Of a stretch of 64,000 bases of DNA, positions 9,586 through 20,339 are shown piece by piece; position 1 is the first letter of the stretch; each line of letters opens with the position of its first letter. Made by a program: the position numbers and the translations under genes. Under the pieces are notes generated by a model. The model was not told the origin of the DNA and did no database searches. It saw nothing but the letters and a program-made list of their open reading frames with translations. The stretch comes from an uncultured delta proteobacterium (GTDB lineage Bacteria > Myxococcota > Myxococcia > SLRQ01). The stretch spans positions 1 to 64,000 of the forward strand of contig CAVSGM010000003.1 in NCBI GenBank assembly GCA_963727485.1, in the 5' to 3' direction.

Positions 9586-11458
9586 TCAGGCGAGGGCGGC
9601 GTCCGCCACCGGGCCGGCCGCACCGCCGGCGTCGAGGTCGAGCTCGAGGCCGGTGTCGAGGCCCACCACCGGGAGGCGCACCTGGAACCGGGTCCCCTGG
9701 CCCAGGGTGCTGCGCACCACCAGCTCCCCGCCGTGGCGGCGCACGGTCTCGTAGCTGATCGACAGCCCCAGGCCGGTGCCCTCGCCGGGGCCCTTGGTGG
9801 TGAAGAAGGGCTCGAAGATCCGGGTGCGCAGGGCGCCGGGGATCCCGGGGCCGTCGTCGGCGACCTCGATGACCGCGGTCCCCCCCTCGATCCACCCGGC
9901 GACGGTGATGGTCCCGTGGTCCCCGAGCGCCTGCCCGGCGTTGACCACCAGGTTGGAGCACACCCGGGACAGCTCCCCGGGGACGCCGCGGACGGGCAGC
10001 TCGGCCTCGAGGTAGGTGAGGACCTGGATCGAGGGGTTGACGCTGGTGCGGGCGATCTTCACCGCCTGCCCGGCGAGGGCCGCGAGGTTGGTGTCCTGCT
10101 CGGGCTCGTTCTGGCGCGAGAGGGTGCGCATCGAGCCGACGATGGTGGCGATGCGCTCGCAGCCGTCGAGGCCGTCGCCGATGGCGTCGGCGGCGTCCTG
10201 GAGGATCCTCGGCGAAGCGCTCGCTCCGGATCTGGTCCAGGAACCCGGCGGCCGCCGCCGGGTCCTCGCCGGCGGCGCGGATCCGGTCCACCGCGTCCGT
10301 GAGGTCCTGGAGGTAGTCCCGGAGCACCCGGAGGTTGCTCCCGACATAGGCCACCGGGTTGTTGATCTCGTGGCTCACCCCGCTGATGAGCGAGCCCAGC
10401 GCCGCCATCTTCTCCTGGACCACCATCCGCTCGTGGGCGTCGGCGAGCTCGGCGAGGGCCTGCTCGGCCGCCTCGGTGGCCCGGACCCGCTCGGTGATGT
10501 CGGTGAGGTGGAGGAGGGCCAGGGCGTCCTGGGCGGCGTAGGCCACCGAGAGCTCGAAGCTCCGGCCCTCGAGGTCGACGAGGGTGCGGGCGGTCCGGTC
10601 GCCGGGGCAGAGCAGACCCTCGCAGGCGTCGGCGACGGTCTCGCCGAGGCCGAGGCGCCTGACCACCCCCACCGGGTCGGCCAGCGACGGCCCGAGGAGG
10701 GCGGCGGCGGCGCCGTTGCCCCGCACCTCCATGGCGTCGAGGTTGACGAAGATCATCGGCTCCCCGGCGTGATCGTAGAGGGCCGCGAAGGCGTCCCCCT
10801 GGAGGCTCGCCGGGCGGAAGCGCCGGAGGTTCAGGGCGTGGCCCACCGCGGCGACGATCACCGTGAGGGGGGTGGCCACGGCGAGGGCGGTGTCGCCGGC
10901 CAGCGCCGAGGCCACGATCGCGAGGCCCACGGCGGCCTGGAGCACGGCGGCGGCGAGGAGCCGGCGGCGGGTGATGGCGCCCCGGTGGCGCCGGGCGAGG
11001 AGGGCGCCGACCACGAAGGCCGCCGACGCCAGGGCCACCAGGTGGCCGCCGAAGAGCCGCCGGGTGGCGCCGGCGAGGAGGCGCTGGTGGTCGGTGAGGA
11101 GGGTGGTCACCGGCCCCTGGGCGAGGAGGAGCCCGCCGCCGAGGAACACCGCCACCGTGGCGGCGCCCAGGACCAGGGGCCAGGGGTGCCGGGGGGCGAA
11201 GCCGAGCGCGGCGCCGAGGGTCACCAGGGCACCGGTGGCCAGGGCGGCGCAGGCGGCGGAGGCGAGGAGGGCGTGCCAGTAGGTCTCGTCGGTGGCGGCG
11301 AGGCTGGCGAGCAGCCGGCCGGCGGCGACCCCCGCCAGGGCGAGGCAGAGGAACCCCACCAGGTTGGTCACCGTGCCCCCCGACCGGCGGCGGAGGACCT
11401 CGAGGCCCGAGACCAGGGCGAGGGCGAGGGCGACGGCGTCGAGGACGGAGAGGGCCAT
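9586..11458 (-). CDS. Membrane sensor histidine kinase (multi-TM, PAS-like, HisKA, HATPase); frameshift at ~10208
   Basis: [21 protein letters not shown]-box, [26 protein letters not shown]. An extra base next to GATC 10204-10207 splits the ORF. Confidence 0.88.
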
Positions 11459-11687
11459 GGCCGAAGCAGGAGCAAGGACCGGGCCGGGGCCGACGCCGTC
11501 GCCAAGACCCTGGATTCCCGGCGATCGCGCCGGGTGCGGATCAGGACGAACCCGGGGGTGCCTCCCGCCCCCCGGGTGCGCGCCGACCCGGGTCCCGGAG
11601 ACCGCCTCGCGCCGGCGCGCTCCCCCGGCCGGGGCAGGGGTGCGCACCACGCTTGCCGGCGCCGGGGACGGCTGGGACAATGGCCAA

Positions 11688-14454
11688 ATGCGCGCGCACC
11701 GTTTCCGCCTCGTCCCCCTCCTCGCCCTCTGCCTTCTGGCCACCGCCTGCCCCTCCAAGGGCGGCGGCGGGGGCGGTACCCCGGATCCCCTCGCGGGCCT
11801 GACCCCCGAGTACGACATCCAGATGCCCGGGCTCACCGGGCGGGTGGAGCTGCTCCGGGACGAGCACGGCATCGCCCACCTCTTCTGCCAGACCGACGAC
11901 GACTGCCTGAAGGCCGAGGGCTACGTGCAGGCCCACGACCGGTTCTTCGAGATGGACTTCTACCGGCACTACGCCGAGGGGCGTCTCGGGGCGGATCTCC
12001 TCTCGGCCTTCACCTCCAAGGTGCGCCCGGTGGACCGGCTCTACCGGCGGATGTTCACCGATCCCGACACCGGCGAGAGCGTGATCAAGGGCATCGACGC
12101 GGGGCTGGACGACGCCACCCGGGCCTTCATCCAGGACTTCACCGACGGCGTGAACGCCTACCTCGCCGACCTCCACACCAACCAGAAGTGGACCGAGGTC
12201 CCCGCCGAGTACCAGAGCGCCCTGCTGTCCAATGGGCCCGACATCTACCAGGGCAACGCCGACCCCAATCCCTGGACGGTGGACGACACCCTCGCCGTGG
12301 CCCGGTTCTTCACCTGGGACCTCTCGGAGACCTTCGACCAGGACCTCCTCGGCGGCAAGCTCGCCAGCCACCTCACGCCCACCCAGGTCGCCGACCTGGT
12401 GCCCTTCAAGGCCATGGACCCGACCTACGTGGTGCCGAACTACTGGGGCCAGCAGCCCCTCTCCCGGCCCCTGAAGCTGGCGCCGGCGGTGCAGACGCGC
12501 CTCCGGAGCGCGGCGCCGATCCTCGACAAGACCTTGAAGCAGGTTCAGGACCTGGGGCCCTGGGTCCATCCCCTGGGCCTGGTGCCGGCGTCGAACAACT
12601 GGGTGGTGAGCGCCAGCCAGTCCTCCACCGGCCACCCCCTGGTCGCCGACGACCCGCACCTCCAGCTGCTCTCCCCCTCCATCTGGTGGGAGGTGCACGT
12701 GGACTCAAAGAGCCTCCCCGGGGCCACCGGGTCGCTGAAGTTCGAGGGCACCATCTTCCCCGGGACCCCGGGGGTGATCATCGGCCACACCGACCACCTG
12801 GGGTGGGCGGTCACCGTCACCGGCTACGACGTCACCGACGACTTCGTGGAGACGGTCAGCGGCGTGGACAAGGTGAAGATCAATGGCCAGGACGTGGCGG
12901 TGAAGAAGACCCTGGTCAAGATGCCCAACGGCCCGGGGCCGAACGACTACGACATGGAGAAGATCTGCTACGTGCCCCAGCACGGGCCGATCATCTCGGT
13001 GGACGGGATGAGCGACAACGACCTCGCCGACCCGAGCAAGCCCTGCGTGGACCCGGCGGTGGGCACCCAGGCGATGAGCGTGAAGTGGACCGGGCAGCAG
13101 CCCACCTACGAGATCACCGCGGTGAACCAGCTGCTGCACGCCAGGACCGTCACCGAGGCCAAGGCGGCGCTGAACAACTTCGGGGTCGGGGCCCAGAACT
13201 GGGTGGTCGGGGACACCGCCGGCCACATCCTCTACTACCCCCACGCCAAGGTGCCCCTGCGCGCCGGCGACCTCACCCAGCACCCGCCCTACCTCCCGGT
13301 GCCCGGGGACGGGAGCGCCGACTGGACCGGGAAGTACATCCCCAACGCCGACATCCCCCAGGCGCTGGATCCGGGGCAGGGCTTCGTGGTCACCGCCAAC
13401 AACGACATCGAGGGCGTCACCGACGACGGCAACCCCCTCAACGACAAGTACTACCTCTATCCCACCCGGGACCTGGGGCTCCGGGCCGGGCGGATCACCC
13501 GGCTGCTCCAGAAGGCGATCGCCGACCACGGCAACGTCACCCCGGACGACATGAAGGCGATCCAGACCGACACCCACTGGGCCTTCGCCGAGTGGATCGC
13601 CCCCTACCTGATCCAGGCGGGCAAGGACGATCCCACCGACGTGACGAACCTGGGCCTGCAGCCCTACCTCGACCGCCTGGCCGCCTGGGACTTCTCCACG
13701 CCCACCGGCCTCGACGGCAGCGACCCGGTGAGCTCGAGCCCGGTGGCCGACGCCACGGTGAAGGCGAACTCGGTGGCGACCACGATCTTCGCCAGCTTCT
13801 TCCTCCACGCCATGGACCGGACCTTCGGGGACGAGCTCAAGGCCTCGGGGGTCATCAGCGACGACCACGTGCCCAACCAGCAGCCGTTCCAGCGGGTGCT
13901 CTACGAGATCCTCTCGGCGCCCAACGCCGCCCTCGACGGCTACTTCGACGACGTGAGCACCACGGGCGTCGTCGAGACCCGGGACCAGAATCCTCCTGGG
14001 GGCGCTGGCCGACGCGGTGACCGAGCTCAAGGGCCGCCTCGGGGACAACGCCGGCGACTGGCTCTGGGGCCGGCTGCACACCTCGGTCTTCCCCTCGGTC
14101 TTCGGGCTCCTGGGGGCGCCCAGCGATCCCTTCGCCATGGCCCCGGTGGCCAACGACGGCGCCGACCACACCATCGACGTGTCCAACTACGACCGGAGCT
14201 ACCACTCCGGCGCCGGGCCGAGCATGCGCATCGTCACCGACGTGGACCCCGCCGGCGTCCTCTCGTGGCAGGTGATCCCCGGCGGCGAGATCGACCTGCC
14301 GGACAGCCCCAACCTGGCGGATCAGCTCCCGATGTGGCTCGGGGACACCTACGTGCCCATGGCCTTCGACCTGAAGACGGCCCTCGGCGACGCCGAGGCG
14401 CGCCAGAAGGCCGGGAACGCCGGCGCCCGGTGGTCGTTCGGCCCGGGGAAGTGA
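11688..14454 (+). CDS. Penicillin acylase family (S45 Ntn-hydrolase) lipoprotein, paralog 1; frameshift at ~13990
   Basis: Lipobox-like LATAC, RDEHGIAH, GYVQAHDRFFEMD, beta-chain start SNNWVV, DPHL, TANN. GAATC to GATC at 13988-13992 restores TRDQILLGAL, matching paralog 2. Confidence 0.9.
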
Positions 14455-14568
14455 GCCGGGCCAGAGCCCGGCGGGCGGGGGCCGCCGGGTCCTCCCCGGA
14501 GGGCTTGCCGGGGGACCGGGACCTCTCTAGGGTCGGGTGCGCGCCACGCGCCCACCTCTGGAGGACCC

Positions 14569-17286
14569 ATGTCCACGAAGCGCCTCGTTCCCCTCCTTGC
14601 CCTCTGCCTCCTCGCGAGCGGCTGCCCCAAGTCGGGCGGCGGCGGCGGGACCGACGGCGGCACCCCCAATCCCTTCGCCGGCCTCAACGCCGAGGCCACG
14701 GTGAAGGTGAGCGGCATGACCGCCGCCGCCGACGTGCTCCGCGACGGGCAGGGCATCGCCCACATCTTCTGCAAGACCGACCTCGACTGCATCCGCGCCG
14801 AGGGCTACGTGATGGCCCACGACCGGCTCTTCGAGATGGACTTCTACCGGCACTACGCCGAGGGCGCGCTCGGGGCCATCACCCCCTCGGCCTTCGTGCG
14901 GCCCACCGACCGCTACTACCGGCGGATGATGACCGGCCGGGACGGGACCTGGGTCATCGACGCCATGGCCAAGGCGCTCCCCGACGCCGACCGGGCGTTC
15001 CTCCAGGCGTTCACCGACGGCGTCAACGCCTACATCAACGACCTGGGGAAGCAGCCTTGGGCCAAGGCCTCCGACGAGTACCAGTACCCCCTGCTCAACG
15101 GCGGGGTGAACCCGCCGGCACCCTGGACCATCAAGGACAGCCTCGCCGTCGGCCGGCTCTTCTCCTACCAGCTCTCCAACAGCTTCGACGACGAGGTGAA
15201 CATGGCGGTCTGGGCCTCGAAGCTCGACCCCCAGACCTACCAGGATCTCCAGCTCTCCAAGCCGGTGGACCCGACCTTCGCCCTCCCGGGCTTCTACGGC
15301 GGGGCGCCGCTGGCGAGCCCCCTCGACCCCAGGCCGTTCCTCCACCGGATGCGTGACCTCTCGCCGGTGATCGACCAGCTGCAGCAGTACGACGAGGCCC
15401 AGAAGGCCCTGCGCCTGGCGCCGCTCGGGCCCCACCCCGGCTCCAACGACTGGGTGGTGAGCGCGGGCATGTCCACCACCGGCCACCCCCTGGTCGCCAA
15501 CGATCCCCACCTCTCGCTCTACGCCCCGAGCGTGTGGTGGTCGGTGCACCTCGACTCGATGTCGCTGCCGGGCGCCAGCGGGAGCCTCGAGGCCAAGGGC
15601 AACACCTTCCCCGGCGTCCCCGGGGTGATCATCGGCACCACCCAGCACATCGGCTGGGGCGTGACCACCGTGGGCTACGACGTCACCGACGTCTACGTGG
15701 AGCAGGTCACCGGCGTGGACAAGGTGAGCTTCAATGGCCAGGACGTCACGGTGAAGAAGGTGATGGTCAAGATGCCCACCGGCCCCGGCGCCGACCAGTT
15801 CGACACCGAGAAGGTGTGCGTGGTGCCCGAGCACGGGCCGATCATGATGGTCACCGGGATGAGCGACCAGGACCTCGCCGACCCCAGCAAGCCCTGCGTC
15901 GATCCCGCGGTGGGCAGCACCGCGATCTCGGTGCGGTGGACGGGCCAGGACCCGTCCAACGAGCTGGGGACCTTCCGGGGCCTGCTCTACGCCAAGAACG
16001 TGAACGAGGCGAAGGCCGCCATCGCCCAGTTCCAGGTGGGCGCCCAGAACTTCGTGGTCGGCGACACCGCCGGCCACATCCTCTACGACCCCCACGCCAC
16101 GGTGCCCATCCGTGGCGGCGACCTGACCGCCAACCCGCCCTGGCTGCCGATGCCCGGGGACGGCTCCACCGAGTGGACCGGCACCATCTCCGACGCCGAC
16201 CTGCCCCAGGCCATGGATCCCCAGAAGGGCTGGGTGGTCACCGCCAACAACGACCAGGTGGGGACCACTGAGGACAACAACCCCCTCAACGACAAGTACT
16301 ACCTGTACTTCACCAACGCCATCGGCATCCGCGCCGGCCGGATCACCAAGCTCCTCACCGACACCCTCACCCAGAACGGCAAGGTGAGCCCCGACGACAT
16401 GAAGCGGATCCAGAACGACGCCTACTACCAGTTCGGGGCGCTGATGGTGCCGTTCCTCCAGCAGGCGGCCCAGGACGATCCCGCCGGCGTCACGGCCATG
16501 GGGCTGCAGCCCTACCTCGACCGGCTGGCCAGCTGGAGCTTCGACACCCCCACCGGCCTCGACGGCAGCGACCCGGCGGCGTCGAACCCGGTGACCGACG
16601 CGAAGACCCTCTCCGACTCCGTCGCCACCACGATCTTCGCCAGCTGGTACTTCCACGCCCTCGACGACACCCTCGCCGACGAGCTCACCGCCGCGGGGAT
16701 CATCAAGCCCGGGAGCTCGGTGCCCGGCGGGGGCCAGATGGACAAGGCGTTCTACTTCATCTGCAAGGAGAACAAGGACACCTACTTCGACAACGTGTCG
16801 ACCACTGGGACCACCGAGACCCGGGACCAGGTGCTCCTCGGCGCCCTCAAGGAGGCGGTGACCAGCCTCACCGCCAAGCTCGGCGCCGATCCGTCGAAGT
16901 GGCTCTGGGGCCGGCTGCACGTCACCGACCTCCCCTCGCCGTTCGGGGCCTTCAGCTCCAACAATCCCTACAAGGGGCCCACGGTCGCCAACAACGGCGG
17001 CCTCTACACCGTCGACGTCTCGCCCTACGGCCGCAGCTACCACAACGGCCACGGGCCCAGCATGCGCATCGTCACCGACGTCGACCCGGCGGGGGTGAAG
17101 TCGTGGCAGGTGATCCCGGGCGGGGAGATCGACTTCCTCAACAGCCCCAACCGGGAGGACCAGCTGCCCCTGTGGCTCTCCGGGGACTACCTCGACATCC
17201 CCTTCAGCCTCGACGGGGCGATCTCCGCCGAGAAGACGCGGGACGCCGCCGGGACCTCTCCGGGGCGCTGGGTCTTCGGGCCGTAG
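14569..17286 (+). CDS. Penicillin acylase family (S45 Ntn-hydrolase) lipoprotein, paralog 2
   Basis: RBS GGAGG, lipobox LASGC, GYVMAHDRLFEMD, SNDWVV, ANDPHL, TANN; intact 905 aa. Confidence 0.93.
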   Translation: MSTKRLVPLLALCLLASGCPKSGGGGGTDGGTPNPFAGLNAEATVKVSGMTAAADVLRDGQGIAHIFCKTDLDCIRAEGYVMAHDRLFEMDFYRHYAEGALGAITPSAFVRPTDRYYRRMMTGRDGTWVIDAMAKALPDADRAFLQAFTDGVNAYINDLGKQPWAKASDEYQYPLLNGGVNPPAPWTIKDSLAVGRLFSYQLSNSFDDEVNMAVWASKLDPQTYQDLQLSKPVDPTFALPGFYGGAPLASPLDPRPFLHRMRDLSPVIDQLQQYDEAQKALRLAPLGPHPGSNDWVVSAGMSTTGHPLVANDPHLSLYAPSVWWSVHLDSMSLPGASGSLEAKGNTFPGVPGVIIGTTQHIGWGVTTVGYDVTDVYVEQVTGVDKVSFNGQDVTVKKVMVKMPTGPGADQFDTEKVCVVPEHGPIMMVTGMSDQDLADPSKPCVDPAVGSTAISVRWTGQDPSNELGTFRGLLYAKNVNEAKAAIAQFQVGAQNFVVGDTAGHILYDPHATVPIRGGDLTANPPWLPMPGDGSTEWTGTISDADLPQAMDPQKGWVVTANNDQVGTTEDNNPLNDKYYLYFTNAIGIRAGRITKLLTDTLTQNGKVSPDDMKRIQNDAYYQFGALMVPFLQQAAQDDPAGVTAMGLQPYLDRLASWSFDTPTGLDGSDPAASNPVTDAKTLSDSVATTIFASWYFHALDDTLADELTAAGIIKPGSSVPGGGQMDKAFYFICKENKDTYFDNVSTTGTTETRDQVLLGALKEAVTSLTAKLGADPSKWLWGRLHVTDLPSPFGAFSSNNPYKGPTVANNGGLYTVDVSPYGRSYHNGHGPSMRIVTDVDPAGVKSWQVIPGGEIDFLNSPNREDQLPLWLSGDYLDIPFSLDGAISAEKTRDAAGTSPGRWVFGP

Positions 17287-17345
17287 GGGCGCGGGCATCC
17301 CCGGGGGCCGGCGTCGGGGGGGCCCCGGCGCGGCGCCCCTGAAAC

Positions 17346-17380
17346 AAAGAGGCCGGTCCCCATCCGGGGCCGGCCTCTTT
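17346..17380. terminator. Bidirectional intrinsic terminator between acylase 2 and sodB
   Basis: AAAGAGGCCGG-TCCCCATCCGGGG-CCGGCCTCTTT inverted repeat between convergent genes. Confidence 0.75.
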
Positions 17381-17425
17381 CACATCCGTCCGCCCCAGGG
17401 GCGGCCGGCGTGGACTGCCTCGTTG

Positions 17426-18013
17426 CTACTTGGTCGCCTTCTCGAAGTTCCCCGAGACGAAGTCCCAGTTGATCAGGTGATCGATGTAGGCGTCGAGGTA
17501 GCCACCGCGGTTGTTGCGGTAGTCGATGTAGTAGGCGTGCTCCCACAGGTCGCAGGTGAGCAGCGGGGTCATCCCGTCGCGCAGGGGGTTGGCGGCGTCG
17601 TGGGTGTCCACCACCTCGAGCTTGCCGGCGTTGTGGACCAGCCAGACCCAGCCCGAGCCGAAGTGGCCCGCGCCCTTGGTCTTGAAGGTCTCGCGGAGCT
17701 TGTCCACGGAGCCGAAGTCCTTGTTGATGGCGTCGAGGAGGGCGCCGGCCGGCTTCCCGCCGTCCTTCTTCAGGCAGTCCCAGTAGAAGGCGTGGTTCCA
17801 GGCCTGGGCGGCGTTGTTGAACAGCCCGCCGCTGGCGCTCTTGATGAGGTCCTCGAGGCTCTTCTCGGCCTCGGGCTTCCCCTCGACCTGGGCGTTGAGC
17901 TTGTTGACGTAGCCCTGGTGGTGCTTGCCGTAGTGGAACTCCAGGGTCTCGGCGCTGATGTACGGCGCCAGCGCGTCCATCGAGTAGGGCAGCGGCGGCA
18001 GCTTGAAGCTCAT
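17426..18013 (-). CDS. sodB: Superoxide dismutase [Fe]
   Basis: RBS GGAGG; LPPLPY, FHYGKHH, FNNAAQAWNH (Fe-type), FGSGWVWL, DLWEHAYYIDY. Confidence 0.95.
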   Translation of the reverse strand: MSFKLPPLPYSMDALAPYISAETLEFHYGKHHQGYVNKLNAQVEGKPEAEKSLEDLIKSASGGLFNNAAQAWNHAFYWDCLKKDGGKPAGALLDAINKDFGSVDKLRETFKTKGAGHFGSGWVWLVHNAGKLEVVDTHDAANPLRDGMTPLLTCDLWEHAYYIDYRNNRGGYLDAYIDHLINWDFVSGNFEKATK

Positions 18014-18277
18014 GTCGACCTCCATTCGTTGGGGTTGGTTCGCAGACGTGGGGTGAGTGGGTGTGTGTCCGCGGACGTATTCAGTGGGCCGGCCGGGCGC
18101 AAGCGCAACCCGGTCACAGGCCGGCCCGGTTGCCCCGGACGCCGGCGGGCCCCGGCCCGGTAAACCGGATGGCGGGGATATCGTCAAGGTGGTGGCGGGG
18201 CCGGGGCCGCGTTGACGGGGTTGCGCAGGCTGCGGCGGTGGCGGCCCGCGCTGGGGGCCTCGCCGGGGCCGGCCGCC

Positions 18278-19003
18278 TCACCCGGGCACCTCGAGGAGCC
18301 CATGCCTGCGCCAGCCCGCGCGCAGCAGCCAGGTGTGGGGCGGGCTCACCGGGGGCGTCTGGCGCATGGGGCCGCCTACCGCCAGGCCGGCCGACGTCCC
18401 TGCGCCCCCCGGCCCCCCGCCCCGCCACCCGTCGAAGAACCGGCCCGAGGTGCACCGGTCGGTCTCCGGCCCCCGCCGGCGGGACCGCCAGGCGAGGCGA
18501 TGGTGCTCCGCGTTCCGGAGCACGTAGGCCAGCGCGTTGCGGACCTCCCGCGGCGTCTTGAGGGCGCGAGCGTGGTACCGGTCCGCGAACACCGCGCCTC
18601 GACGGTCCATGACCCGGTTGAGACCCCGGGCCAGGCGGATGCACAGCCCCTGCATGCCTCGCGAGAGGCTCTCCCGGCCGCGCGCCTCGACCAGGAGGTG
18701 CACGTGGTTCCCCTGGACCGAGTAGTGGACCAGGCGCATGCCGTGGCGCTCGCGGGCGGCGGCGAAGGCGGCCTCGACGACCCGGAGGCAACGGCGGGCG
18801 CGCAGGTTGAACACGTGGCGGCGGACCCGGAGGGTCACGTGGACCGGGTGCCCCGAGGCGAGGCGCGGCCGCGGGGCGTGGGAGACGCCCGCGCGGTCGC
18901 CAGAGGGCGGACGGCCGGCGCCGCGGCGCCGGCCGCCCCAAGTGCGTAGGTCGAGGGCGAGCTGGCGGGAGGTCGGGCGGTGGGGGGCGTGGGCGTGGGG
19001 CAT
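18278..19003 (-). mobile_element. REP-associated tyrosine transposase-like (RAYT; IS200-like Y1 HUH) protein
   Basis: WGGRRRGAGR, PVHVTLR, HUH motif NHVHLLVE, VFADRYHARAL, catalytic Tyr in AYVLRN. No adjacent tnpB or terminal inverted repeats seen. Confidence 0.8.
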
Positions 19004-19084
19004 GGGCGTTCGGGGCCGGGCAGGGGAAGCGGGGGCGGCCGGGGCAGCGGGAGCGGCCGGCTGAACATGAATCGGCAGATATTG

Positions 19085-19106
19085 AGTCTAGCCGGAGGGT
19101 CTGACA
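19085..19106 (-). promoter_or_regulatory. Promoter matching TGTCRG-N10-TANNNT (PafBC/RecA-NDp-like) upstream of the transposase
   Basis: Minus strand reads TGTCAG-ACCCTCCGGC-TAGACT, about 80 bp upstream of ATG 19003. Confidence 0.55.
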
Positions 19107-19126
19107 CTCAGCGTCGGAGGGCGAGG

Positions 19127-19161
19127 TGCCATTCGGCAGATTGGAAGATCGCCGAATGGCA
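19127..19161. repeat. Perfect 11-bp inverted repeat (REP-like hairpin) next to the RAYT
   Basis: TGCCATTCGGC-N13-GCCGAATGGCA. Confidence 0.6.
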
Positions 19162-19422
19162 GAGGGTGGGTCGGCGGAACCGGCCGCCGCCGCACGACGC
19201 CAGAGGCTCCGCGCCACCGGGCGCCCGGTTGGAGGGCCCGGCGGCTGTGCCCGTGGCGAGCCGCCTGCAACGGCCGCCGGCAACCGGCCGCCGGCGACTC
19301 GCCGCCCCCACCCGGCACACGCCTCCCCCCGCGGCCCCCCGCCGGCCACGCCGCACGCCACCCGCTCGGACCGTCCACGCCGGCCCCACCCGGGGGCCGG
19401 CACGCCACGGCCGACCGGCCGG

Positions 19423-20080
19423 CTACGCCATCTCGTTCTCGATGGCGAAGCGCGTCAGCTCGGCCACCGAGTGGATGTCGAGCTTCCGGGCGAGCTTGCC
19501 CCGGTGCTTCTCCACGGTCTTGGGGCTGATGCCGAGAATCGCTGGCGATGGACTTGGTGGTCCCACCGCGGGCGATGAGGGTCAGCACCTGCCGCTCACG
19601 GGGCGAGAGCAGGCGCAGCGACGGACCGGTCTCCCGGTGGCCGTTGCCGTTCCCGTTGCCGTTCCCGTTGGTCACCGAGGCGAGCTCCGGCGCCAGGTAG
19701 GTCCGGCCCTCGCGCACCGCGGCGATGGCCGCCTTGAGGGCGTCGAGGGTGTCACTCTTGGTGACGTAGGCGGAAGCCCCCGCCTGGAGGGAGGCCTCGA
19801 CCATGGCCCGCCGGCGATCCGCGGAGAGCACGATGAGGCGCGTCTCCGGCAGCTCCCGGCGGAAGGCGGCCGCGAGGTCGATCCCATGGAGGATCCCCTC
19901 GAGGACGAGATCCATCACCACCACCTCGTAGCGGGTGGGCCCCTCCTTGGCCATCCGCAGCGCCTCCTCCCCGGAAGACGCCTGCCCCACGGAGGAGACG
20001 CCCTCCATGCGGCCGAGAATGCACGCCATACCTTCACGGACGATGTGGTGGCCATCGACCACCAGGATGTTCGTATCCAC
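19423..20080 (-). CDS. NarL/LuxR family response regulator; frameshift at ~19538
   Basis: [13 protein letters not shown]...VVMDL...[27 protein letters not shown] to GATC at 19536-19540 restores [16 protein letters not shown]...[13 protein letters not shown]. Confidence 0.88.
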
Positions 20081-20277
20081 GTCACGCTCCCCCTGGGTCC
20101 TGCCACGCGGGAGCCGTCCCCCGGCTCATACGTATCGACCCCTGTGTGTTGGTTCGACCCTTGCGCCGCCCATCCCCGATGTAGGCAAGGGTAGGTCGCC
20201 GATCGGGCACCCTACCCACCGAATCGTACTGTCGCGATTGTAAGCACGCCACCTGGGGGAGGCGACCCCCTCAGGAG

Positions 20278-20309
20278 ACGTTGACACGGTGCGTCAGCGT
20301 GGATAGACC
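20278..20309 (+). promoter_or_regulatory. Sigma70-type promoter for fadIJ with overlapping palindromic operator
   Basis: TTGACA (20281-20286), 17 bp spacer, TAGACC (20304-20309); palindrome ACGTTGAC-N7-GTCAGCGT. Confidence 0.6.
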
Positions 20310-20339
20310 ACCGGCACCTCGATCCCAAGGAGCCGTGGC

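Noticed and set aside
18278..19003. Autonomous IS200/IS605 element with TnpB
   Set aside because: No tnpB and no clear paired element ends; the protein looks RAYT-like.
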